64,000 nt of DNA from Octopus sinensis (taxonomy: Eukaryota): positions 1,364,001 through 1,428,000 of the forward strand of contig NC_043016.1 of the NCBI RefSeq assembly GCF_006345805.1, written 5' to 3'. The notes under the pieces were generated by a model, which made no database searches, was not told the DNA's origin, and saw only the letters and a program-made list of their open reading frames with translations. The position numbers and the translations under genes are program-made. This document shows, piece by piece, positions 13,186-24,857 of this stretch. The stretch's first letter is position 1; every line of letters starts with the position of its first letter.

Positions 13186-16100
13186 CACCGGGGACGTTTA
13201 AGATGTAAGAAGGAAAATACAGAGCTCCGAAATCTATCAACAAACATCGAAAACAAGGACATCCTATGGAGCCAAAGATTTACTAACAAAGAATTAGACT
13301 GTATCCGAGTAAGTAATACTAATTGAAATTTATTACTATTTTCGAAACGAAATGATGTATTTTGACTCGATATTATCTCCACCTCTAACACAACCATGTA
13401 AACATGCGTGGAACATCACGATCATCCCCGACCTCAAACACCATGTACAAAGGAACTACGAAGAAATTAAATGCCACCGATACTATTCAACCCAAGAATA
13501 ACAATCGAGCGGTACGTACATTAAACTTACAACAAAAAATGTACGAAAAACTACACGTGCGAAATAATGTGACAACAGAAATAAACGGACCGGTACCCTA
13601 CGAAAATGACGACCGTCAAAATAATGGGCCGGACGTTGTACCTCATGTCCCGCAAATAAAACCCAAAAGACGTAAATGGACACGTGAGGAATACATTTCT
13701 ATCTTACACGCATACTTCACAGCAATGCTCTACCCAAAAAATGAAAATACAACAACACATACATATAAAATATGGAAGGAAAATAATAGAGATATAGACT
13801 TGGATACAGCAATGAACCCTAATAAATTAGCTAACGTACGAAGATACATTCTCAAAGTCAAAAAAATATCAGAAATAGAAATAGAACATTTAAAAGAAAA
13901 GATACACCAGAAAAATGTAGATAGAAGCCACACAACAATGCCCAATAATATAAACACTGAAACTGTAAAACACGAAGACAAACGTAACATTCCCAACAAA
14001 CACGATGTAAACAACGAAGGGGAGCCTAATTTTTATGATAATATAAAAAATAAAATAATCAAAGAACTGAAAACCACAGAGCCCAAAATGGACCACTGAC
14101 CATACCTCCCAAGAATAAAAATAAACGAAATAACAACACCAATTATAAACAGCATAAACCTAGCCGTCACTGAACTAGCCACTGAAACAAAAAAAAGTGA
14201 TATCACTGAACTAAATGACTTGATATACGCAGCAGCCACTGCAGCCACAAAAGAAGCTGGATACTCACCCAAACCCGCCCAAACAGGAGTACCACCACCC
14301 AAACAAACCCTGTGGATAAATAACATCCAAAACAAAATAAAAAAAATTAGAAAAGACCTGTCGATTCTTAATGAAATCAGCAAACAATCAACGCTACTGA
14401 GCAACAAAAGAGAACAAAAATGCTCCGCAAATATAACATCACAGAAAAAGATTTGCCGGAGATAAAAGAAAAGCTGAAGCAAGATATCCTTGCCAAAGCT
14501 CAAAGGATCCGCCGGTACGAGAAACGCCAACGCTTCTTTGAACAGAACAAAAAGTTCAACTCCAACCCCAAAAAGTTCTACCAAGAACTGGTAAAAAATA
14601 AAATAGAAGTCACTGCAGCACCAACGGCAAAAGAATTGGAAGAATTCTGGAGAGAAATATGGTCGGCGAACGAACAGCCAAAAAAAGGGAGTATCAAAAT
14701 AACAAACTCGGCATCTGAACAACTTTGGACCCCCATAACAACTGAAGAGGTCACCCAGGCACTGCAAAAACTAAGCAACTGGAAGGCACCTGGGCATGAC
14801 AAGATCCCCAACTTCTGGTTGAAATATCTAACAGGAATGCACAAAAAGCTGGCTGAAAACTTTAACAAAGTACTAGCAGAGCCAGAGACAACGCCTGAAT
14901 GGCTCACGAAGGGGAAAACCATTTTAATTCCCAAATCAAATGAAACAGAAAAACCAGAAAACTACAGACCAATAACCTGGCTCCCTACTATGTTCAAGGC
15001 ATTTACTGCAGTGATATCAGAAAGGCTGAACAAGCACCTGGACGAAAACAAACTGTTCCCAGAAGAGCAGAAAGGATGCCGCAAAGGCTCATATGGCTGT
15101 AAAGATCAACTAATGATCAATAAAGCCATAACTGAAGACAGCCACAGAAAGAAGAAAGGCCTCAGTATGGCCTGGATCGACTACAGAAAGGCGTTTGATA
15201 GCATCCCCCACACATGGATCCTCGAAACACTAGCCATTAACAAAGTAGCACCATCAATCATAAAATTCATAGAGCACTCTATGAATAAATGGCAAACAGT
15301 CCTACACCTCCAAACAAAAGAGGGACTCATGAAAACCAAAGACATCCCCATTAGAAGAGGAATATTCCAGGGAGACACGCTCTCTCCACTCCTTTTCTGC
15401 TTGGCACTGTCACCTCTATCTGATATTCTAAATAGAACTGGATGCGGATATAAATGTTACGGCAAAACGATCAGCCACCTTTTATATATGGATGACCTAA
15501 AACTATACGCGGAAATGACAAACAGCTGTAAACACTATTAAGACAGTTCATGGATTTACCAAAGAAATAGATATGAAATTTGGATTAGAAAAATGCTCCA
15601 AAGTAAACATGAAAAGAGGAAAACTAGTTAAGTAACAACATCACACTAGATAAAACCAATGAAATAAAAGAATTAGACCAAAGCCAAACTTACAAATACT
15701 TAGGAATCCATAAACTAGATAAGACACAACACACACAAATGAAAGAGAAAATAAAAAAAGAATATTATAGACGAGTTAGATCAATACTAAACACAGAGCT
15801 CAATGCTAAAAACAAGATAATAGGTATCAACACTTTAGCTGTCTCAGTTATAAGTTACAGCTACAATATCCTTAACTGGACACGAATGAACTGTCCAAAA
15901 TAGATAGGAAAACAAAAAAACTGACAGGATCTAGGATGCATCACCCAAAATCTGACATAGAAAGACTATATATACAACGTATAGAAGGTGGTAGAGGCCT
16001 TACAGCTGGAAAACTACTATAAAATAACCACCATAGGACTGCAAAAATTCTACTTCAGAAGGAAGGAAAACTGATCCAGATAGCAGCAAAACACGAGCAA

Positions 16101-17132
16101 AACAAAAGACTGTTCTCAGTATTTAAGGAAGCTGACAAATACAAACAAGAAATCATACCACCTAATAAACACGAAGAAGAAGAAGAAGATGATGAAGAAA
16201 CAACAAAAGCTATAAAACAAATGAAATCCAAACTAAAAATAGAACAGCAACGAACCATGATAAAACGATGGCAAGAAAAGCCCCTTCATGGTAAATACTA
16301 CTGCACTAAACTAAAGGCAAAAGAAATAGACAAAGAAAAATCCCAGCAATGGTTGAGAAGCTCAGGACTCAAAGCAGAAACAGAGGGATTTTTAATTGCA
16401 GCACAAGACCAAAGCCTCCCCACCAGAAATTACCAAAAACATGTAATGGAAAGAAATATTACAAGTAACTGCAGACTATGTGGAGATGGTCAAGGAACAA
16501 TAAATCATATTTCTCTAGCTGCCCAGTCCTGGCTAAGAAGGAATATATTCACAGACATGACAGAGTTGGAACCTACATACATTGGAAGCTATGCCAACAT
16601 TATGGAATAACAACAGAAAAAAGATGGTAAGGCACACACCAGAAAAGGTCACAGAAAACGAGAAAGCAACCATACTCTGGGATATGCCGATACACACAGA
16701 TAGAGAAATTAAGCCCAACAGACCAGATATAGTTGTCAGAGATCATGAAGAAAAAAATGCTTTCTAATTGATGTATCAATACCGGCTGATGACAACGTGT
16801 CTCTAAAAGAAATGGAGAAACTCTCAAAATACAAAGACCTGGAAATAGAGGTAACTAGAATATGGAATCTGAAAACAGAAACAATTCCTATCATAGTAGT
16901 TCATTAGGCATGATAAAAAATATTCAGACAAATACATAACAAAACAGCAGGACTTACAAAACACATATAACATACAGAAAATTGCACTACTAGGCACTGC
17001 ACACATCCTACGCAGAACACTTTCCATACAATAACCATCAGAGCATCACAACAAATCACAGCACATACCCAAGGCACACAGAGCTGCGCTCGGTAGTGAA
17101 GTGAAAGCACGCTATAAAAATAAAACTACTGA

Positions 17133-17133
<1 letters not shown>
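13186..17133 (+). mobile_element. Near full-length R4/Dong-like LINE, family 2, flanked by (TAA)n on both sides
   Basis: Single disrupted ORF 13404-17034; (TAA)n at 13110-13185 and 17135-17167. Confidence 0.92.
13404..17034 (+). pseudogene. RT-CCHC-REL endonuclease polyprotein (disrupted)
   Basis: N-terminal KRRKWTREEY...NKLANVRR; WKAPGHDKIP, NYRPIT, EQKGCR, WIDYRKAFDS, GIFQGD, YMDDLKLY; RPDIVV...IDVSIP...KYKDL; stop at 14097 and several frameshifts. Confidence 0.92.
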
Positions 17134-17167
<34 letters not shown>

Positions 17168-17169
<2 letters not shown>

Positions 17170-17256
17170 CATCAAAAAATACTTTAGGAATGAGAACGCA
17201 GGTTTAAAATTTCCACAATATATCTGATGAAGGCTGGAGGGTATATCAGCCGAAAC
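17168..17256 (+). ncRNA. Penelope-like terminal repeat with a truncated hammerhead motif
   Basis: CUGAUGA (17224-30)-A-GGCUG-GAGGGUAUAU-CAGCC-GAAAC (17252-56); downstream stem III and stem I are lost. Confidence 0.55.
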
Positions 17257-17300
17257 ATAATCCCTCAACTCTAAAATATTGAACCATATCTAAGTTCTGT

Positions 17301-17500
17301 TGTTTATTTTCATATCCATGTGCTTACATACAATATATATATATATATATATACACACATGTGCACATGAAAGGCGGGCAAAGGCGGACGTCCGGAGGCG
17401 GGCGAAGGCGGACGTAGGCGGGCGAAGGCGTGCGTCGAAAGATGCGGGTAGAACGCAGCGTCTAATATTGTATGTAAGCATATGGATATGAAAATAAACA
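17301..17500. mobile_element. 200-bp MITE-like element with 36-bp inverted termini and a GC-rich tandem core
   Basis: 17301-17336 vs the reverse complement of 17465-17500, 1 mismatch; core of AGGCGGGCGAAGGCGGACGT-like repeats. Confidence 0.55.
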
Positions 17501-17729
17501 GATCAACATACAGACGGATAGGTACATAGGTTATAAGAACAGAGAGGCACACGCAAATGAACACTGAAACACATGCCCATATATACCGTGAGTCCTACAT
17601 CATTTCCATAATGTAGAGTATATAGCACCAACATTGCCTAAACGAGTTTAATGTTGAATTCAGGATTCATCCAAGGCTAGGGCCTCATGCAATACATCTC
17701 CTACAAAATTCCTGATCACAATATAATTT

Positions 17730-17892
17730 CTTTTCCTCAACAGGTCCTGCTCTATTTAACGTTATCTCAAAACATGTCAAAGGAAAAGATCCTTTGACCC
17801 ACAAACGAAATCTGGACAAATTTCTTCGAGGGATAGCAGATATAGCATCTATACCTGGATACAGCTGTCAACAACAACAACTCCCTATTTGA
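17730..17892 (+). mobile_element. 3'-end remnant of a CR1-group-like LINE ORF
   Basis: GPALFNVISKHVK...KRNLDKFL...IPGY* resembles the C-terminus of CR1-group RT ORFs. Confidence 0.55.
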
Positions 17893-17907
17893 TATCACAA
17901 AACTTGT

Positions 17908-18000
17908 TTCGGTGCGTCACGGGTGAGATGCTGTACAAGCAGTTATGGAGCATCATTGGAGCAGATGTGTCTCGCCAGATGACTTGTCAAAATGTACCTC
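17908..18000. repeat. Fragment of the dispersed repeat that forms the TIR arms at 55656-56400
   Basis: GGTGCGTCACGGGTGAGATGCTGT...AGATGACTTGTCAAAA resembles both arms; a shorter piece is at ~59790-59822. Confidence 0.5.
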
Positions 18001-19218
18001 CTTTTGTAATATCAGTTTCGCTTACTTCCATTGTAGTACCTCTTGTAAAGTTGTAGTTCGCTACTCATTTACACGAAAAACTGAGTTATAATGCAGAAAT
18101 CTTCTTTTGAAGTGATTTATAAAGATTAGAAAAATACCAAATATAATATAATATAAAACTAATTAAGTGTATAAATAATGTTTTACACTAATACAGAAAA
18201 GCTGTTAAATTAAAACCATAAAACAACCATGCGATAAAGATACAACAAAAACCACAAAGCACAAAACACAATCGGACATTCATATATGTGTGTATTTATA
18301 TATTCTCCTTCCCCCTCTTTCTACTACTCACACGTGATCCGTGACTAATATTCTCATCTCTCTGCCTTTCGTCGCTGGACGCTTAGCTTCCCGGTCAATA
18401 TCTATCTCCTCTCTTACTATTTCTCTTTCTATAGCTATTCAGGATTTCTTGCAGCCGTTACCCACCATTCTCGTGTGTTTGACCGAAAGGCCGTATTTGT
18501 TCTGTCTTCGTCAATCGTTTTAAACTACATTTGTGTACTTTCGTACGTCCATTCTGTATCGTTTTCTTTGCTCGAGCAAATTGTATGGGTGCCGCCGATA
18601 TGAGAATGTGTATTAACATTTCGGTTGATAACTGAAGAATTAGGGTCCTTCTGTGACTGTCCTGTGTGTACGTTTTTTAGTATTTAATGCATTTCTCATT
18701 TATTGAGTAACTGAACGCCACGCATCCCGACTTTTGTTAAAAATAAGTTTACAAAGATCTTTTTTAGTTAATTATAGATCGATTTCTAGCTTAGAGATGT
18801 AAAATCCCCCAGTCGTCTTAAGTATATAACTTAAGTATAGTACATAAATGCAAATATTTATACATACCCATACGAATAATACATATCCACATGTATATAT
18901 ACATATATTCACACCTACACACGAGTCATATCTAACTTATTCACCTCAACTACGTGCATTTACGACAAAAATAATCCCGAAGTGAATATAAATTGATCGG
19001 AATAAAAAAACATGTATCTATACATAATTAAGGATAAAATCATTATAAAGATCCCATCAAGTGGCCAGCATATAATAAAAACCATAAAGGTAACAGCTAA
19101 TACTAATATATAATTACAAAGATATTATAATAAAGGGTGTTGATAAACAACACCAACATGCTACAGATAGACGCCAAATGGGGCTAAGACCACATCTTGC
19201 ATCTGGCTTACAATCCAA

Positions 19219-19605
19219 GCTGCAATTGTTTTCGTTTCAGCACACGATCTCAGATCAAATCACTTGCTATGCGAGTACATCTCCTATATATACATATATA
19301 TTATATATATATATGTATATATAGGAGATGTACTCGCATAGCAAGTGATTTGATCTGAGATCGTGTGCTGAAACGAAAACAATTGCAGCGTAGAAGGTGT
19401 TTGTAAGCCATTAAGAAACACACAAAAGCCGTTCGATTCACTTCAACATTTAAGTTTAATTTGTCAAAATATTTTCGTCGCTAAAATCCGCGACCTTTCA
19501 CTGACAAAAATCCGAGATGCATCTCTTTTTTGTCAGTGAACAGGTCGCGGATTTTAGCGACGAAAATATTTTGACAAATTAAACTTAAATGTTGAAGTGA
19601 ATCGA
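19219..19605. mobile_element. Double fold-back element (two adjacent long inverted repeats) with a hammerhead variant
   Basis: IR1: perfect 82-bp arms 19219-19300 / 19308-19389. IR2: arms within 19433-19605 around the palindrome GAGATGCATCTC. Confidence 0.8.
19530..19577 (+). ncRNA. Minimal hammerhead motif with a G3-C8 compensatory core
   Basis: UUGUCA-GUGAACA-G-GUCGC-GGAUUUUA-GCGAC-GAAA-AUAUUU-UGACAA. Confidence 0.55.
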
Positions 19606-19658
19606 CCAAAGCCTTGTGAGCGGATTAGGTAGACGGAAACTGAAATAAGGCAGCAGTG

Positions 19659-19706
<48 letters not shown>

Positions 19707-19925
19707 GTGTGTGTGTTGTGTGTGTGTGTGTGTGTGTTGTGCGTGTGCGTGTGTGTGTGTTGTTGTATTTGCCCCGTGCATTTCTTGACAACTGTGCTGC
19801 TGGTGTGATTACATCTCCGTAACTTACCATTACAGCTTTTAAATATGAGTACTGGAGTCGATCCATTCGAGTAAAAGTTTTGAAGGTGGTGCTCCATTAT
19901 GGTCGTAGCTTAGTGACTGAAAAGG
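19603..19925 (+). mobile_element. 5'-truncated CORE-like SINE
   Basis: CGACCAAAGCCTTGTGAG...GTAGACGGAAACTGAAA, (TG)n, then the family tail. Confidence 0.75.
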
Positions 19926-20007
19926 GAAAGGATACAGTTCATTGTATTAATTTACTCAAAACAATACATTACAAAGTATTAATATATTTTCTCTGAAATA
20001 AGACACG

Positions 20008-20180
20008 GGTCTGGCAGAATTATTAGCTCTCCTGGAAGAATACTTAGCGACCTTCATCACGTTCTGAGTTAAAATTCCGTCGAGAACGCTTTTGCCTTTA
20101 TTCCTTTTGGAGTCCTTCACTGGGATCGATGTAATCGACTTACCCACTCCCCAGAAACTGCTGGCCAAAATTTGAAATCA
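20008..20180 (+). mobile_element. Degenerate tRNA-derived SINE
   Basis: CTGGCAGAAT...GAGTTAAAATTCC...GATCGATGTAATCGACTT. Confidence 0.7.
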
Positions 20181-23100
20181 GGGTTAAAGTTAGGGTTAGT
20201 GTTTGGATTAGGTTTAGAGTTAGTCGTAGTGTTTGGCATAAATTAGGTTACGTTGAGGATTAGAGACAGGTCTACGGTTATGGTTAGTGTTAGTGCTAGG
20301 GTTATTGTTAGGGTTAGGGTTTTGGTTAGATTTAGTGATATGGTTAGATTTATGGTTAGATTTAGTGTTAGGTTGAGGGTTAGTGTTAGGTGTAGGGTTA
20401 GGGTTGGGGTTAGGGTTATGGTTATGTTTAGGGTTAGGTTTCAGGTTACTTTTAGTGTTGAAGTTAGGTTTAAGGTTAGCGTTAAGGTTAGGATTAAGGA
20501 TAGGGTTAGGGATAGGGATAATAGTTTTTTGCGTCAGGGTTACGTTTAGGGTTAGGTTTAGTGTTAGGATTAAGGGTAGGTTTATGGTCAGTGTTGGGGT
20601 TAGTATTCGGCTTATGGTTATGGTTATGGTTAGGGTAAGTATTTGGTGTAGTGCATGTTGAGTTTTACAGTTAGGTTTAGGATGAGTGTTAGGGTTAGTG
20701 TTTTTGTTAGGGTTAGGTTTCGGGTTATGGATAGTGCTACAATTAGGGTTAGGGTTGTATTTAGGATTCGATTTAGGGTTAGTGTTAGGGTTAGGTTTAG
20801 AGTCACGTTTAGGGTTAGAGTTAGTGTTACAGTTATCTTCATTGTTAAGGCTACTGTTAGGGTTAGGCTAGGTTTAGGGTTGGGGTTCGGTGTAGCTTTA
20901 GGTTTGGAGTTAAGGTTATGGTAGAGATAGAGATAGGGTTAGTGTTAGGGTTAGGGTTTGGTTTATGGTCAGGGTTAGGCATAGGGTAAGGATGGGTGTT
21001 AGGGTTAGTTTTAGGGTTAGTGTTAGGGTTAGTGTTATAGTTAGGGTTAGTGTGAGGGTTAGGGTTAAGCTTAGGGTTAGTGTTAGGGTTAGGTTTAGGG
21101 TTAGGGTTAGGCTTATGTTTAGAGATGGGGTTAGGGTTAGGTTTAGGTTAGTGTTAGGGTTAAGATTAGGGTTAGGGTTAAGGGTAATTTTAAGTTTAGG
21201 CTTAGGGTTAGAGATGGGTTAGTGTTAGGGTTAGGATTAGGGTTATGGTTAGTGTTATGATTCGGGTTAGGGTTAGTGTTTGGTTTAGGATTGGGGTTAA
21301 TTTCATGGTTAGCGTTAGGGTTAGGATTAGCGTTTTAGGTTAGGGTTATTGTTAGGTTGAAGGTGAGGTTAGGGCTAGGGTGAGGTTAGCATCAGGTTTA
21401 GGTTTATGTTTCGAGTTAGGGTTAGGATAGAATTAGTTTTAAGGTTAGTTAGTGTTAGTGTTAGGGTTAGGGTTAAGTTCAGGGCTAGGATTTGGGCTCG
21501 GGTTAGGTTAAAGTTAATGTTAGTGTTAGGTTGAGGGTTTGGGTTAACTTTAAATTTGGGGTTAGGGCTACATTTAATGTTAAGGTTAGTGTTAGTATTT
21601 GCGTGAAGGTTCGGGTTAGCTTTAAGTTTAGGGTTAGGGTTAAGTTTAATTTTAGGGTTAGTGTTATAGTTAGGGTTAGTGTGAGGGTTAGGGTTAAGGG
21701 TAATTTTAAGTTTAGGCTTAGGGTTAGAGATGGGTTAGTGTTAGGGTTAAGTTATGTTTAGGTTAGGTTTAAGTTTAATGTTATCTTTAGGTTTAAGTTT
21801 AAGTTTAGGGTTAGGTTTAGGGTTAGTGCTAGGTTTATTGTTAAGTTTAGGGTTCGGGTTAATAATAGGGTTAGGTTCATTCTTAGGTTCAGGTTTAGGG
21901 TTAGGTTTAGGTTTTGGTTCAGGGTTAGGGTGAAGCATAGGCTTAGGTTTAGTGCTAGGGTTAGTGTTGGTGCTAGAGATAGGCTTACAGGTCGCGTTAG
22001 CGGTAGATTTAGGTTTACGGTTATTGTTAGTGTTAGGTTTAGGGTTAGGGTTAAGCTTAGGGTTAGTGTTACGGTTAGGGATAGGTCTAGAGTTAGGTTA
22101 TGTGTTAGGGTTATTGTTAGTGTTAGTGCTAGTGTTAGGGCTAGGGATAAGTTTACAGTCAGGGTTGGGGTTAGGGTTAGGTTATGGTTAGGTTGAAGGA
22201 TATGTTTAGTGTTAGTTTTAGGGTTAGGCTTTGTGATAGCGTTGTGGTTATGGTTTGGTTTCGGTTTAAGTTTTGGCTAGGATTAGAGTTAGGGTTAGTG
22301 CTAGGTTTATTGGTAGGATTAGGGTTAGGGTTAGTGTTCAGGTTAGGGTTAGTGCTCGGGTTAGGGTTAGGTTTCGGTTTAGTGTTAGGTTTAAGGTTAT
22401 TGTTACGGTTACATTTATGGTTAGGTTTAGGGTTAGTGTTAGGGTTAGGGTAAGGTTTAGTATTAGGGTTAGGACTAGGTTAAGGTTGGGTTTATGGTTA
22501 AGTTTCGTTGTATGTTTACTGTTAGGGCTAGGTGTAGTGTGAGAGTTAGTGTGAGGTTGAGTTTTAGGGTTAGGTTTAGGTATTGGGCTAGGTTTGGTGT
22601 TATAGTTAAGGCTAGGGCTAGGGTTAGGGTTAGGCTTATGTTTAGAGATGGGGTTAGGGTTAGAATGAATGCTAGTGTGAGTGTTAGGGTATGGGTTAGG
22701 TTTCGGGTTAGCGTTAGGTTTAGTGTTAATTTTACGGTTAGGGATTACGTGAGTGTTAGGGTTAGCGTTAGGGTTTACTTTAGTGTCATGTCTAGATTTA
22801 GTGGGAGGGCTAGTGTTAGGTTTAGGTTTAGGCTTAGGCTTAGGTTAAGTTTGGGGTTAGGTTTGGTGTTAGGTTTACTGTTAGGGTTAGTTTTTAGGTT
22901 AGGGTTAGTGTTAGTGTTACGGTATGGTTAGGGTCAGGGTCAGTGTCAGGATTAGGGATAGGGTTAAGTTACAGTTTGGTTTAGTGTTAGGGTTAGATTT
23001 AGGTTAGGTTTAGTGTTGGGTTAGGATTATGTTTAGGTTTTAGTTTAGGTTTAGGTTTGGGGATAGGGTTAGGATTAGGTTTAGTGTTAAGGTTTGGGTT

Positions 23101-24565
23101 AATTTTAGAGTTAGAATTTGGTTGCGTTCTAGGGTTAGGGTTATGGCTAGGGATAAGGTTAGGGTTAGGGTGAGGGTCAGAGTTAGGTTTAGTGCTGTTG
23201 TTAGGTTTAGTGCTGTTGTTAGGTTTAGTGCTGTTGTTAGGTTTAGTGCTGTTGTTAGGTTTAGTGCTGTTGTTAGGTTTAGTTTTAAGCTGTGGGTTCG
23301 GGTTATGTTTAGGGTTAGATTCAGGGTTAGGATTAGGTTTGTTTTTAGTGTTAGTTTAGTTTTAGTGTTAGCTTCAGCGTTAGGGTGAAGTTTAGGGTTA
23401 GCGTTAGTTGTAGGGTTAGTGTTAGGCTTAGGGTTAAGATTAGAGTTAGAATAAATGTTAGGGTTAGGTTTAGGGTTAGGGTCAGGGTTAGGTTCAGGGT
23501 TAGGATTAGGATTAACGTTAGCGTTAGTGTTATGGTTCGAGTTAATATTAGGGTTAGGTTTTGGTTTAGGTCTATTGTTGACTTTAGGTTTAGGGTTAAA
23601 GTTAGTGTTAGGGTTAGGTGTAGGTTTCGCGTAATGGTTAGGGTGAGCTGGCAGATACGCTAGCACGCTGGGCGAAATGCGTAGCCGTATTTCGTCTGCC
23701 GTTACGTTCTGAGTTCAAATTCCGCCGGGGTCAACTTTGCCTTTCATCCTTTCGGGGTCGATAAATTAAGTATCAGTTACTCACTGGGGTCGATATAATC
23801 GACTTAATCTCTTTGTCTGTCCTTGTTTGTCCACTCTCTGTGTAGCCTCTTGTGGGTAGTAAAGAAATAGGTTAGGGTGAAGTTTAGGGAAAGGACGATG
23901 GTTAGATTTCGGTTTAGTGTTAGGGTTAGTTTTACGTTTCGGGTTGGTGTTAGTTTGAGGGTTAGGATTAGGGATAGGGTCAGAGTTAGGGTGAGGATCA
24001 GAGTTAGGGCTAGTGCAGTTGTTAGCTTTAGTTTTAAGCTGTGGATTAGGGTTAGGTTTAAGGTTAAAGTTAGGGTTAGGGTTAGGTTTGGTGTTAGTCT
24101 TAGGTTAGTTTTAGTATTAGCTTTAGGGTTAGGGCTAGTTTTAGGGTTAGAGTTAGTGTTATTGTTAGGCTTAGGTTTAGGGTTAGGGTTATGGTCAGGT
24201 TTAGGTTTACGGTCAGGGTTAGGGTTAGGATTAGGGTTAGTGTTATGGTTTCAGATTAAAGTCATGTTAAGTTTAGGTCTAGTGTTAACTTTAGGCTTAG
24301 GGTTAGAGTTAATGTTATGGTTAAGATTAGGGTTAGTGTCAGGGTTAGAGTAAGGTTTAAGTTTCGTCTACGGGTTAGGGTGAGGGATAGGTTTGGTGTT
24401 AGCGGTAGGGTTAAGTTTAGCGTTAGGGTTAGTTTTAGGGTTAGAGTTAAGTTTTGGGTTAGGTTTAGGATTAGATTTAGTGTTAGGTTTAGGTATTGGG
24501 TTCAGTGTATAGTTGTGTGTAGTGTTAAGTTAGTGTTAGGGTTAGCGTTAGATTTAGATTTATGT
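20181..24565 (+). repeat. Degenerate interstitial telomere-like array (TTAGGG plus variants TTAGTG, TTAGGT, TTATGG, TTAAGG)
   Basis: About 4.4 kb with a 6-nt period, G-rich and C-poor on the + strand; TTAGGG recurs throughout. Confidence 0.9.
23647..23869 (+). mobile_element. tRNA-derived SINE inserted in the telomere-like array, with an 11-bp TSD
   Basis: GGTTAGGGTGA at 23636-23646 and 23870-23880; B box GAGTTCAAATTCC. Confidence 0.88.
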
Positions 24566-24857
24566 TTATGTATAAATATACGTGGACACAGACTGTGTAT
24601 CGATATCTAGCTGGAAAAGATCTTTTCCTGGGGTTGCAACAACTGTACCAACGTCCTTTATAGAACTGCCACGGTATGTCTGCATAGAAACATTACTATT
24701 CGGTATTTACTGTATTTCGCTCTCTCAGATATTTAAAACACTCACACATATTTAAGTATAAATATATATATATATATAATGATAAAAACGGTAAGACAAC
24801 AAAAGAAAGAGACCTCGATATTATGTAAATCGAGGAATTTATCTGTAAGTGTATAAC

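Noticed and set aside
23187-23280. Regular 18-bp repeats resembling a CRISPR array
   Set aside because: No spacers, eukaryotic context, no cas genes; a simple minisatellite.
20253-24610. Long VRVRV / LGLGL / PNPNP ORFs
   Set aside because: Stop-free frames are an automatic consequence of TTAGGG-like hexamers.
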